NCBI GenBank assembly: GCA_050946275.1
Contig: JBMNUM010000010.1
Location: 1,677-65,676, forward strand
DNA from: Coriobacteriales bacterium
GTDB lineage: Bacteria > Actinomycetota > Coriobacteriia > Coriobacteriales > CADBOM01
DNA length: 64,000 nucleotides
Direction: 5' to 3'
Shown here: piece by piece, positions 12,372 through 23,568 of the stretch
How the letters are laid out: the number at the start of each line of letters is the position of its first letter
Numbering within the stretch: the stretch's first letter is position 1
The notes under the pieces: generated by a model
What the model was told of the DNA's origin: nothing
The model's input: the letters and a program-made list of their open reading frames with translations, nothing else
Database searches by the model: none
Position numbers and translations under genes: made by a program

Positions 12372-12797
12372 ATGAAGCAGTCTCCCGATTCGCGCAAGAG
12401 CAACCAGGTCGTCTCCGACAAGGTCGCCATGATCTTGATGACCGAGATCTCGGACCCGAGGCTCTCGCTCGTCACGGTCACGGGCGCGACCGTCTCGCGC
12501 GACCGCTCCGTGTGCAACGTATACATCTCCGCCGAGGCGGACCGCTACGATGAGGTTCGCAGCGGCCTCGAGTCGGCCAAGGGCCGCATCCGCTCCATCC
12601 TGGGCAGGAGCCTGGGCTGGCGCGTGACGCCCGAGCTGCGCTTCCACATCGACACGACCATCGACGAGGCCGAGCGGATCGCCGTGGCGCTCCAGAACGT
12701 GCCGGCCTACATCGACATCCCCAAGGACGCCGATGGCCAGCCGCTCCCGCTCGACGAGGACGGCAACCCGATCGTGGACGACGGCGAGGACGCATAG
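12372..12797 (+). CDS. rbfA: Ribosome-binding factor A
   Basis: 141 aa. ISDPRL...VTVTG...SRD motif region. Immediately downstream of infB. Confidence 0.88.
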   Translation: MKQSPDSRKSNQVVSDKVAMILMTEISDPRLSLVTVTGATVSRDRSVCNVYISAEADRYDEVRSGLESAKGRIRSILGRSLGWRVTPELRFHIDTTIDEAERIAVALQNVPAYIDIPKDADGQPLPLDEDGNPIVDDGEDA

Positions 12798-12799
12798 CG

Positions 12800-13852
12800 A
12801 TGGCGGAGGCACCCAAGGCGCCCGAGGGCGCATCCTACGAGAATTCCACGCTCGCCGAGGTGGCGGAGTTCATCCGCGACGGTCGGACGTTCGCCGTGTG
12901 CGGGCACATCAACCCCGACGGCGACTGCCTCGGCTCGGTCCTGGCCATGACGGCGCTCCTGCGCTCGATGGGCAAGGAATGCGCCCCGCTGCTCGCCAAC
13001 ACGATGCCCGCGCCGCGCAAGTACGCCTACCTCGCGGGCTTCGACGAGTTCAAGCGCGCGCTTCACTACAAGAAGACCCCCGATGTGTTCATCTCCGTGG
13101 ACACGCCGGTCGTCGAGCGGATGGGCGAGTCGAAGCCCGTCATGAACCGCGCGCGCAAGAACGTCTCGATCGACCATCATCCCGGCGTCGGCATCGGCGC
13201 CATGGTCACGCACTGCGACACGCATGCGGCATCGGCCTCCATGATCGTGTGGGAGCTCGCCAAGGAGCTCGTCGGCGAGCCGCCGGTCGAGGTCGCGGAG
13301 GCGTGCTTCGCGGGCCTGCTCACCGACACGGGGCGCTTCCAGTTCCAGAACACGGACGCGCGCTGCCTCGCGGCCGCCGGCGAGATGGTCGCTGCCGGCA
13401 CGGATCCCGCGCGCGCCGCTACCGAGATCTTCCAGAACCGCCCGCTGCCGGCGATCCAGCTCGAGGGCAGGGTCATCGAGCGCACCAGGCTCACCCCCGG
13501 CGGGCTCGTCTCGTACTCTTGGATCGACAACGCCGACTACGAGGAGCTCGGCGCGCGCAAGGAGGACACGGAGGGGCTCGTCGACGTGCTCCGCTCCGTC
13601 GAGGGCGTCGAGGTCGCGGTCCTGATCCGCGGCCGCGAGACCGACGTGCGCTGCAGCATCCGCGCCAAGCGCGACGTGGATGTCGCCGCCATCGCCGAGG
13701 GATTCGGCGGGGGAGGGCACCGCGCCGCCGCCGGATTCAACATCGAGTGCTCGCTCGCCGAGGGCATCGAGCGCGTCGCCGAGGCCATGGCCGAGGTCGA
13801 GCGCGCCCTGCTCGAGGGGAAGCCCCTTCCCACATTCGGCGACTCGGAGTAG
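12800..13852 (+). CDS. nrnA: DHH/DHHA1 phosphoesterase (NrnA-type oligoribonuclease / pAp phosphatase)
   Basis: CGHINPDGDCLGS (DHH region), DHHPG and GGGGHRAAAGF (DHHA1). Confidence 0.85.
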   Translation: MAEAPKAPEGASYENSTLAEVAEFIRDGRTFAVCGHINPDGDCLGSVLAMTALLRSMGKECAPLLANTMPAPRKYAYLAGFDEFKRALHYKKTPDVFISVDTPVVERMGESKPVMNRARKNVSIDHHPGVGIGAMVTHCDTHAASASMIVWELAKELVGEPPVEVAEACFAGLLTDTGRFQFQNTDARCLAAAGEMVAAGTDPARAATEIFQNRPLPAIQLEGRVIERTRLTPGGLVSYSWIDNADYEELGARKEDTEGLVDVLRSVEGVEVAVLIRGRETDVRCSIRAKRDVDVAAIAEGFGGGGHRAAAGFNIECSLAEGIERVAEAMAEVERALLEGKPLPTFGDSE

Positions 13853-13854
13853 CC

Positions 13855-14808
13855 GTGGCAGCGAAACGGGGTTCCACCGGCCTTTCCGCCATCATCGCCG
13901 TCGACAAGCCATCCGGCTGCACGTCGCACGATGTGGTGAACCGCATCAGGCGCATCACGGGGGAGCGGCGCGTGGGCCATGCCGGCACGCTCGACCCCAT
14001 GGCGACGGGCCTGCTCATCGTGTGCATCGGCCCCGCGGCACGCCTCTCCGACTACATCATGGGCAAGACGAAGGCCTACGAGGGCACCATCGCCTTCGGC
14101 ATCCGCACGGATACCGATGACGCGACGGGGGAGGTCGTCGAGACCGGCCCCGCTGGAGCCGAGCTGCTCGACGCCGGCGCCGCCGCCGATCGCGTCGCCT
14201 CGCTCGTGGGCACGTTCATGCAGATGCCTCCCCAGTACAGCGCCAAGAAGCGCGACGGCCGCAAGGCCTACGAGCTCGCCCGGAAGGGCGAGGAGGCCGT
14301 GCTCGATCCCGTCGAGATCACGGTGGGTGCCGCGAGGCTGCTGGCGGTGGAGGAGCGCGCGGGTATCGCGGGCGACGACCGCCCGCTGCCCTGCTGGGAC
14401 GTGGAGCTCGAGGTGTCGAAGGGAACCTACATCCGCTCCATCGCACGCGACATGGGCGCGGATGCGGGCACATGCGCGACGCTTGCGGCGCTGCGCAGGA
14501 CGCGCGTCGGGGATATCTCGGTCGCCGATGCGATCGACCTCGACCAGTTCGAGGCATCCTATGCACCGGAGATGCTCGAGTTCGCCTGCATCGACCCCGT
14601 CGCCGCCATCGGGTTGCCAGCCCTCGAGGCCGATGAGTCCATGATGCGCGACGTCTCGAACGGCCGGATGATCGATGTGGGAAGACCCTTCGCCGGGCCG
14701 GTTGCCATCGTTTGCGGAGGCAGGCTGCATGCCGTGTACGAACCTCGTGGACAAAGGCTCGCCTGCAAGGCTATGATACCCGGCGGTGTCATGGGAGCGA
14801 GGTCTTGA
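13855..14808 (+). CDS. truB: tRNA pseudouridine-55 synthase
   Basis: GTG start 3 nt after the nrnA stop. VDKPSGCTSHDVV and GHAGTLDPMATGLL catalytic motif. Confidence 0.92.
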   Translation: MAAKRGSTGLSAIIAVDKPSGCTSHDVVNRIRRITGERRVGHAGTLDPMATGLLIVCIGPAARLSDYIMGKTKAYEGTIAFGIRTDTDDATGEVVETGPAGAELLDAGAAADRVASLVGTFMQMPPQYSAKKRDGRKAYELARKGEEAVLDPVEITVGAARLLAVEERAGIAGDDRPLPCWDVELEVSKGTYIRSIARDMGADAGTCATLAALRRTRVGDISVADAIDLDQFEASYAPEMLEFACIDPVAAIGLPALEADESMMRDVSNGRMIDVGRPFAGPVAIVCGGRLHAVYEPRGQRLACKAMIPGGVMGARS

Positions 14809-15752
14809 TGAAGTCAGAGGGAAAGAGCCGGGTCATCCGCGTCGGGCAGGGCGAGTTCGTCCACGGCGACAGCGTGTGCGCGCTGGGCGTGTTCGACGGC
14901 GTTCATGCCGGTCATCGCACGATCATCTCGGATTGCATCGAGAAGGCGCGCGAGACGGGCGCGAATTCCGTCATCCTGACGTTCGACGTCGATCCCGTCG
15001 AGGTCCTCAGCCCGGACAAGAGCGCCCGCAAGCTCCTCTCCAACGACGACCGCATCGAGATGCTGCGGACGCTCGGCGCCGATGTGGTCGCCATCCAGCA
15101 TTTCGACCACGAGTTCGCGCGCATGCACCCGCTCGTCTACATCCAGGAGGCCATCACGAAGTTCATGACCCCGAAGTGCATCTTCGTGGGGAAGGACTTC
15201 CGTTTCGGCCACAAGGCAGCCGGCGACCTGACGCTGCTCAAGAGGGAGCTCTACGAGTTCGGTTGCGCCGTGGTGGGCGAGGAGCTCTACTGCGAGCTCG
15301 GCGCGCCCGTGACGGCGACGCGTATCCGCAACCTCATCGAGGAGGGGGCGCTCGACAGCGCCAACGAGCTGCTCGGCCGGCCGCATTTCTTCCGCGCCAC
15401 CGTCGCGCACGGCCGCGAGGTCGGGCGCACGCTCGGATTCCCGACGGCCAACCTCGTCGCCGAGCACGACTACGTCAAGATGTGCGACGGCGTGTACGCC
15501 GGCTACGTCGAGGTCGACGGCACGTGGCACCGCGCCTCCATCTCGGTCGGCGTTCCCAAGACGTTCGGCGACATCGCATGGACGACCGAGGCGCATATCA
15601 TCGACTTCGACGCCGACATCTACGACGCGCACGTGCGCGCGGCGTTCGCCCGCTACCTGCGCCCCATGGTCAAGTTCGACTCGCCGGCCGAGCTCATGGC
15701 CCAGATCGCCCGCGACACCCAGACCGCGGCCGACCTTCCCGACTTCGAGTAG
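14808..15752 (+). CDS. ribF: Bifunctional riboflavin kinase / FMN adenylyltransferase
   Basis: ATG overlaps the truB stop (TGATG). GVFDGVHAGH, and the C-terminal riboflavin kinase region GFPTANL...HIIDFD. Confidence 0.92.
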   Translation: MKSEGKSRVIRVGQGEFVHGDSVCALGVFDGVHAGHRTIISDCIEKARETGANSVILTFDVDPVEVLSPDKSARKLLSNDDRIEMLRTLGADVVAIQHFDHEFARMHPLVYIQEAITKFMTPKCIFVGKDFRFGHKAAGDLTLLKRELYEFGCAVVGEELYCELGAPVTATRIRNLIEEGALDSANELLGRPHFFRATVAHGREVGRTLGFPTANLVAEHDYVKMCDGVYAGYVEVDGTWHRASISVGVPKTFGDIAWTTEAHIIDFDADIYDAHVRAAFARYLRPMVKFDSPAELMAQIARDTQTAADLPDFE

Positions 15753-15753
15753 C

Positions 15754-15815
15754 AACCTGACAAACACGTCAGACGTGTTTGTCATGACAACGGCGTCCGA
15801 CGTGTTTGTCAGGTT
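15754..15815 (+). terminator. Complex terminator region with mutually exclusive hairpins
   Basis: AACCTGACAAACACGTC (15754-15770) can pair with GACGTGTTTGTCA (15772-15784), or with GACGTGTTTGTCAGGTT (15799-15815). Confidence 0.5.
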
Positions 15816-16048
15816 CGTCGCGTCCCACCGCTCACCCACCATACCTAGCCGCTCGCTTCGACGGCTCCCACAGCATGTGCCTTATGCCCGCCGCGGATTG
15901 CCGCTACCGCATTTGTCGATTATGTGTGGATTCCCACGGGATAAAATTTACAAGCTGCCTTGCGCCATGGAGATTCCGTGGTTTCGAAGGCAACTTTGTG
16001 TGAAGAGGGAATTTGGTTTGTGTAAGTAGTACGAGAGGAGCAGCATCC

Positions 16049-18163
<2,115 letters not shown>

Positions 18164-18187
18164 GCCGCCAGCCGGTAAGCGAATCTT

Positions 18188-18230
18188 CGAGGGCCCCGCA
18201 CGCAAGAGCGTAGCGGGGCCCTCGTGTTTT
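18188..18230 (+). terminator. Terminator after hppA
   Basis: CGAGGGCCCCGC...GCGGGGCCCTCG 12-bp stem followed by TGTTTT. Confidence 0.75.
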
Positions 18231-18456
18231 CCTGGCGGGACCCTCGACATCTGGGATGGAGCATCGCCCGCTTCTCATGAGCATCGATGCGCTTCTCGCC
18301 GCTCCTGCCCGCTGTTTTGCTGAGATGCACTTGCAGGGCAAATGGGTTTCCCGGTTGACGCTGTCGACTTTCCCGGTATCTTGGAAAAGGCGGGTTAGTT
18401 CGCCGTTTGTGTTCTCTGTTCTTGCGGTGCCGATTGCTTCGGGAAGGGTACAGCCG

Positions 18457-18978
18457 ATGAAGACCTCCAAGTTCATCTTGACGATGATTGCCGTGCTCGC
18501 TCTCGTCGCGATGCTGGCGCTCGCCGCCTGCGGCGGGTCGAAAGCCGCGGAAACCGCGGATGTTCCCGATGAGCCTGCAGCGACCGGCCCCGCCGATGCG
18601 CAGGCTGCCGACCAGGCCGCCGAGAGCGCCTCTGCCTCCGAGGACGACCCGTATGCCGGCACATGGGAGCTCACCGGCTTCCTCGACGAGAACGACAAGC
18701 TCCTGAGCGTCGACGAGTACGCCGAGACGGCCGATGCCAACCCGTCGACGTTCCCGACCACCTACGAGCTCCGCGCGGATGGCACCGCGATCGCCCATAA
18801 CACCAGCACGGGCGATGTCGAGGCGACGTGGCACGCGGGCGACCATCAGGTCACGATCACGGCCAACGGCACCGATTACGTGCTCATGGTCAAGCTGGAC
18901 GATTCCGGCGAGCATCTGCTGACGTACGACGATCCCGAGGTGGAGGATCTCGTCTCCGTGTTCGAGAAGATCGCCTAG
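18457..18978 (+). CDS. Small secreted lipoprotein, function unknown
   Basis: MKTSKFILTMIAVLALVAMLALAAC signal peptide with an LAAC lipobox. Acidic Ala/Asp-rich linker followed by a ~110-aa domain. Confidence 0.7.
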   Translation: MKTSKFILTMIAVLALVAMLALAACGGSKAAETADVPDEPAATGPADAQAADQAAESASASEDDPYAGTWELTGFLDENDKLLSVDEYAETADANPSTFPTTYELRADGTAIAHNTSTGDVEATWHAGDHQVTITANGTDYVLMVKLDDSGEHLLTYDDPEVEDLVSVFEKIA

Positions 18979-19072
18979 CTGCACTCTCCGAGGGCGGAGT
19001 CCCCCTTGGCGGCGCCGTCACCGTTCAACATCTCGGCAGCCGGCCCTCCCTCCTGCTCTGCTATCCTCGAAT

Positions 19073-19136
19073 GAGGGGATGGGGCTCCCCTTGGCTCGAT
19101 GCCAGAACCGCGTTTCATCGCCGATAGCTCCTGCCG
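19073..19136 (+). promoter_or_regulatory. Fluoride riboswitch (crcB motif)
   Basis: GGGGAUGGGGCUCCCC ... AACCGCG-uuucau-CGC-CGAUAGCUCCUGC matches the crcB RNA core as I recall it (GGnGAUGGnGnUCnCC ... AAMCGC ... GAUrrCUCCUrC). The pseudoknot GGGGC/GCUCC is possible. It sits 48 nt upstream of crcB. Confidence 0.7.
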
Positions 19137-19183
19137 GGTAATCGCGCAGGGGCTATTTCTATGCCCTGCGAGAAGGGGAGGGA

Positions 19184-19552
19184 ATGTTCGTCAATTGCCT
19201 TGTTGTGGGAGCAGGGGGCTTCGTCGGCTCCATACTCCGCTATCTCATAACCCTCGTCATGCCGGCTTCGGCCTCGGCGCTGGGGACGCTTGGCATCAAC
19301 GTCGTCGGGTCGTTCGCCATCGCCGTGCTCTCGGGACTCATCGTGGCTGGAATCATGCCTGACGAGCATCTCTCGCTCCTGTTGCGCGTCGGCGTGTGCG
19401 GTGGTTTCACGACGCTCGCGGCGTTCAGCCTCGAGGCCGCCGAGCTCGTGGGGCACGGCGCGTATCTCGGCGCAATCGGCTATGCCGCCATCACCTGCTT
19501 CCTGTGCGTGGGCGCGGCGCTTCTCGGGACCTGGCTCGTTCGCGGCGTTTAG
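19184..19552 (+). CDS. crcB: Fluoride ion channel CrcB/FluC
   Basis: 122 aa, 4 TM segments, GAGGFVGSILRY and GVCGGFTT(F/L) motifs. Confidence 0.9.
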   Translation: MFVNCLVVGAGGFVGSILRYLITLVMPASASALGTLGINVVGSFAIAVLSGLIVAGIMPDEHLSLLLRVGVCGGFTTLAAFSLEAAELVGHGAYLGAIGYAAITCFLCVGAALLGTWLVRGV

Positions 19553-19624
19553 CAGGGGCGTATCTCGACTCGAGGCTCCCGCATCGCTTCTCCCCGGGTG
19601 CGATTATTTGGTAGAGTGTTTCCC

Positions 19625-21517
19625 ATGGGACGCATATCAGATGAGGACATAGCACGGGTTCGCGACGCGACCGACATCGTCTCGGTGGTGCAGGAGTACG
19701 TACCACTGCGCCAGCGCGGCCGCGAGTTCTGGGGCAACTGCCCGTTCCACGGGGAGAAGACCCCGTCGTTCCACGTGCGCCCTCAGACGCAGACCTGGCA
19801 CTGCTTCGGCTGCAGTCAGGGCGGCGACGTGTTCAAGTTCCTCATGCTCAAGGAGCAGTTCGACTTTCCCGAGTCGGTGCGCTATCTCGCCGGCAAGGCG
19901 GGCATCACCATCACCGAGGAGGAGGGCGGCATGCCGAGCGGCTACCGCGCCCGCCTGCTCGCCTGCTGCGAGGAGACCGCCGCGTTCTACCATCTGCAGC
20001 TCATGCGCGGCAAGTCCGAGGGGTGCGCCTCGGCGCGCTCGTACCTCGGCTCTCGTGGCTTCGGTGGCGATGTCCCCAAGAAGTGGAACCTCGGCTACGC
20101 GCCGGGCCGCGGGTCGCTCGTCGCGCATCTGCGCTCCAAGGGCTTCACGGACAAGGAGATGGTCGATGCCAACGTCGCGCTGCGAAACGACCGCGGCCAG
20201 GTGCGCGACCGCTTCTACGAGCGCGTCATGTTCCCGATCCGCGATCTGCAGGGGCGAACGATCGCCTTCGGCGGACGCGTGATCGGCAAGGGCGAGCCCA
20301 AGTACATCAACACGTCGAACTGCCCGTTGTTCTCGAAGCGGGCGAACATGTTCGGTATCGACTTCGCCAAGTCGCCCATCGTCAACAGCGGCGCGTCCAT
20401 CGTCGTCGAGGGGTACACGGATGTCATCTCGATGCACCGAGCGGGTTTCGAGAACACGGTCGCCACCCTCGGCACCGCGCTCACGCCCCAGCACGTGAAG
20501 CTGCTCACGCGCTTTGCGAGCAAGGTCATCTACCTGTTCGATGGCGATGCCGCGGGGCAGAAGGCCGCCGACCGCGCAGCCGAGCTCATCACGTCCTCGG
20601 TGGCGCCGGAGTCGGGCAACCGGCAGGTGACGCTCCACGTCGCCGTCATCCCGAACAACATGGATCCCGTCGAGTTCATCGACGCGGAGGGCGAGCAGGC
20701 CATGCGCGATCTGCTCGACAACGCGCAGCCGCTGCTCAAATTCGTCATAGACCGGCGTCTGGCCTCATATGACCTCTCCACGCCCGAGCAGCGCGCAGCG
20801 GCCTTACCGCGCGTTCTGGAGCCTCTCGTGCCCATACGGGAGTCGATTCTCGCCGACGAGTACGTGAACTACCTTGCCGATATCTTCAAGCTCGACTTCC
20901 AGCGCATGCGCCGCGAGCTCGACAAGGCTCCCGTGCCGCGCTTCGTCCAATATGCCGACGACGACCGCGTGCCCTACGGCTCGATGGCAGCCGGGCGCGA
21001 CGGCGCGCCGATGCAGGGCGGGCAGGGGAGCGGTGCGGCTCCGGTCGCCCCGCAGGTGCCGGCCGAGCCACCGTTCCAGATTCCCCGCGAGGGTGTGGGG
21101 CGCTGGGAGGCGAGCCTGCTGTTCGCCTACGCGGTCCAGCCCCACGTGCGCATGCGCATCGCGGAGGCGATGCAGGGCGAGACGTGGTCGAACGAGCTGT
21201 ACGCCCGCGTGTTCGGGATTCTCTCATCCTTCGACACCGCGGCGCGTCCGGCGGACCTCGTGGCGCGCTGCATGGGCGAGATCCCGCGCTCCGAGCCGCT
21301 GTGGGGGCTGAGCATTCCCGGCATCGAGGATGCCGGCCAGGCCGAGCAGATGGTCCCCGTGATGCTGCGGGAGCGCAAGAAGGCCTCGCTCGAGGACGCC
21401 ATCTCCGAGCGCGAGCGCACCGTGAAGTACGACCCGTCGCTCTCGCCCGAGCAGCGAAACGCGCTCTTCGACGAGATCGTCGCCCTGCAGAAGGAGCTTT
21501 CCGCCCTGCGCAAATAG
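19625..21517 (+). CDS. dnaG: DNA primase
   Basis: Zinc finger CPFHGEKTPSFHV...WHCFGC. TOPRIM motifs VVEGYTDVIS and LFDGDAAGQKA. Confidence 0.93.
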   Translation: MGRISDEDIARVRDATDIVSVVQEYVPLRQRGREFWGNCPFHGEKTPSFHVRPQTQTWHCFGCSQGGDVFKFLMLKEQFDFPESVRYLAGKAGITITEEEGGMPSGYRARLLACCEETAAFYHLQLMRGKSEGCASARSYLGSRGFGGDVPKKWNLGYAPGRGSLVAHLRSKGFTDKEMVDANVALRNDRGQVRDRFYERVMFPIRDLQGRTIAFGGRVIGKGEPKYINTSNCPLFSKRANMFGIDFAKSPIVNSGASIVVEGYTDVISMHRAGFENTVATLGTALTPQHVKLLTRFASKVIYLFDGDAAGQKAADRAAELITSSVAPESGNRQVTLHVAVIPNNMDPVEFIDAEGEQAMRDLLDNAQPLLKFVIDRRLASYDLSTPEQRAAALPRVLEPLVPIRESILADEYVNYLADIFKLDFQRMRRELDKAPVPRFVQYADDDRVPYGSMAAGRDGAPMQGGQGSGAAPVAPQVPAEPPFQIPREGVGRWEASLLFAYAVQPHVRMRIAEAMQGETWSNELYARVFGILSSFDTAARPADLVARCMGEIPRSEPLWGLSIPGIEDAGQAEQMVPVMLRERKKASLEDAISERERTVKYDPSLSPEQRNALFDEIVALQKELSALRK

Positions 21518-21558
21518 CGAGTGGGCAAGAGGCGCCCGACCCTATCCATCCCACAAGA

Positions 21559-21584
21559 AACGGGAGCCCCTCGAGGCTCCCGTT
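21559..21584. terminator. Bidirectional hairpin between convergent dnaG and the permease gene
   Basis: AACGGGAGCC-cctcga-GGCTCCCGTT. Confidence 0.65.
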
Positions 21585-21609
21585 CTCGCAAGTTCTTTTC
21601 CGCCCCTGC

Positions 21610-22875
21610 CTAGAAGATGACCAGCAGGTACACCATCGATAGCAAGATGGTGACGATCATGACCGGGAAGCACACCTTCATGAAGTACATGAAGGTGATG
21701 GGGTGGCCTTGTCGTTCGGATATGGAGCAGAGCACGACGTTGGCCGACGCGCCGATGATCGTGCCGTTGCCGCCGAGGCACGCGCCGAGCGAGAGCGCCC
21801 ACCACAGCGGGGTCACGTCGACGCCGGCCGCCTGGATACCGAAGATGATCGGGATCATCGTCGCGACGAACGGGATGTTGTCGAGGAACGCCGACGCGAT
21901 GGCCGACACCCAGAGTATGACTATCATCGTCAGCACGACGTTGCCGTGGGTGATGTCGACGATCCAGTTCGCGAACATCTCGATGACGCCCTGATGCTCC
22001 ATGGCGCCGACGACCATGAACAGGAAGATGAAGAACACGATCGTCGACCACTCGACATCTCGAATCGTGTGCTCGAAGTCCTGGCTGCTTATGAGCAACA
22101 TGATGGCTGCGGCCGTGAGTGCGATGATCGACGATTGCAGGCCCAGCTTGTCGTGGAACGCGAAGCCGATGGTCACGGCGATGATCATGGCGATGGAGAT
22201 GCGGAACATCCGGTAATCGTTGATGTAGTCCTTGGGGTTGAGCTCCATGATCTCGGCCATGGTCTCCTGGGTGACATGCATCTTACGGCCGAACATGAAC
22301 TTGAAGATGATGATTATGGCGATGATGATGATCACGATGATCGGGCCGTTGACCTTGATGAAGTCCATGAATGTGAGCCCCGCCTGCGAGCCGATCATGA
22401 TGTTGGGCGGGTCGCCGATGAGGGTCGACGTGCCACCGATGTTCGAAGCCATGATCTCGGTGAGGAAGAACGGCACCGGGTTGACCTTGAGCGTGCGGCA
22501 CACCATGAGCGTCATCGGGCCCATGAGGAGCACGGTGGTGACGTTGTCGAGCATCGCCGAGAGAAGCGCCGTGATGATGATGAAGAAGACCATGATCCGC
22601 CATGGATTGCCCTTGGCTAATCGCGCCGCCTTCACCGCGATGAATTCGAAGAGGCCGCATGGCTTCACCACGGCGACGTAGAGCATCATGCCGATGAGCA
22701 CGCCGATGGTGTTGAAGTCGACGGCGGCGATTCCCACGTCGAATGTGATGGTGCCCGTGAGAAGCAGGATCACGGCGCCCGCGATGGCCGCGATGGCGCG
22801 GTGCCGCTTCTCGGACATGACGAGCGCCATGACGGCGACGAACACGACGATAGAGATGATTTGCGGTGTGGTCAT
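21610..22875 (-). CDS. ArsB/NhaD-superfamily anion permease (CitMHS-like)
   Basis: About 421 aa and polytopic. Repeated IGG(T/N)xTLIG(D/A)(P/S)xN half-motifs (NIGGTSTLIGDPPNI and LGGNGTIIGASANV). Start ATG 22875 follows GGGGA. Confidence 0.75.
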   Translation of the reverse strand: MTTPQIISIVVFVAVMALVMSEKRHRAIAAIAGAVILLLTGTITFDVGIAAVDFNTIGVLIGMMLYVAVVKPCGLFEFIAVKAARLAKGNPWRIMVFFIIITALLSAMLDNVTTVLLMGPMTLMVCRTLKVNPVPFFLTEIMASNIGGTSTLIGDPPNIMIGSQAGLTFMDFIKVNGPIIVIIIIAIIIIFKFMFGRKMHVTQETMAEIMELNPKDYINDYRMFRISIAMIIAVTIGFAFHDKLGLQSSIIALTAAAIMLLISSQDFEHTIRDVEWSTIVFFIFLFMVVGAMEHQGVIEMFANWIVDITHGNVVLTMIVILWVSAIASAFLDNIPFVATMIPIIFGIQAAGVDVTPLWWALSLGACLGGNGTIIGASANVVLCSISERQGHPITFMYFMKVCFPVMIVTILLSMVYLLVIF

Positions 22876-23069
22876 TCCCCTCTGAACCTTCCCTGCTGAA
22901 AACCAGTTTCCCTTGTGCTCCATGCAACTTTTTGAGGGTATCACGCGAGCAAGTCGGTGCCCGGCCGAAATACGCATGTGGTCGTGTTTCTCTTGCAATT
23001 TGCAGCCGAACTTCCAAAATGAAAATGGGGTAGGTTTTCAACTAAATGGCACGGAGTCCGGAGGTTCCC

Positions 23070-23498
23070 ATGGGTTGCTATGAACACGAGCAGGAATTGA
23101 TCGAGCGCGGCGAGGCCCAGCGCGGCTATGCGGCGATGCAATTCTGTGCGGAGATCGACGCGGCGGCCAACCAGCTGACCGTCACCAGGCGCCCGGACTA
23201 CACGAAGACGCTCTTCGCCCCCGAGAACGACGAGATCTACCGTGAGTTGTGCCGCTACATCGACATGCCGGCCCCGCGCTTCTACGACAAGCTGCCCGAC
23301 CAGCTCGAGATCAACGGCTACACGGCGACCGACGTGTACCGCACGATCAAGCAGAACAACTGGCGCATCGTGGACGTCGACGCGCTCGCCGTCTACGACA
23401 TGCTCGTCTCGCTGAAGACCGAGCCCGAGATCGCCGAGCGCATCCTGAACTTCCATCCCTCGTGCGCGAAGTCGGGAGCCTGCGGCAACATCTTCTAG
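23070..23498 (+). CDS. Hypothetical protein (142 aa) with a C-terminal CAKSGAC motif
   Basis: ATG 5 nt after GGAGG. Codon usage is consistent with its neighbours. No family recognised. Confidence 0.5.
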   Translation: MGCYEHEQELIERGEAQRGYAAMQFCAEIDAAANQLTVTRRPDYTKTLFAPENDEIYRELCRYIDMPAPRFYDKLPDQLEINGYTATDVYRTIKQNNWRIVDVDALAVYDMLVSLKTEPEIAERILNFHPSCAKSGACGNIF

Positions 23499-23502
23499 AT
23501 TC

Positions 23503-23560
23503 TGGAACGCTCCCCTGTAACCGATTGCAACTTCTGGAACGCTCCCCCGGGGAGCGTTCC
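23503..23560. repeat. REP-like element family 1: a half copy plus a perfect palindromic copy
   Basis: CTGGAACGCTCCCC (23503-23516), then CTGGAACGCTCCCCCGGGGAGCGTTCC (23534-23560). Lies between convergent genes. Confidence 0.75.
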
Positions 23561-23568
23561 ACATTTGC

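Noticed and set aside
12733-13854. Long upstream part of the 691-aa ORF that contains truB.
   Set aside because: It overlaps nrnA in another frame and has an Arg-rich nonsense composition. truB motifs begin right after GTG 13855.
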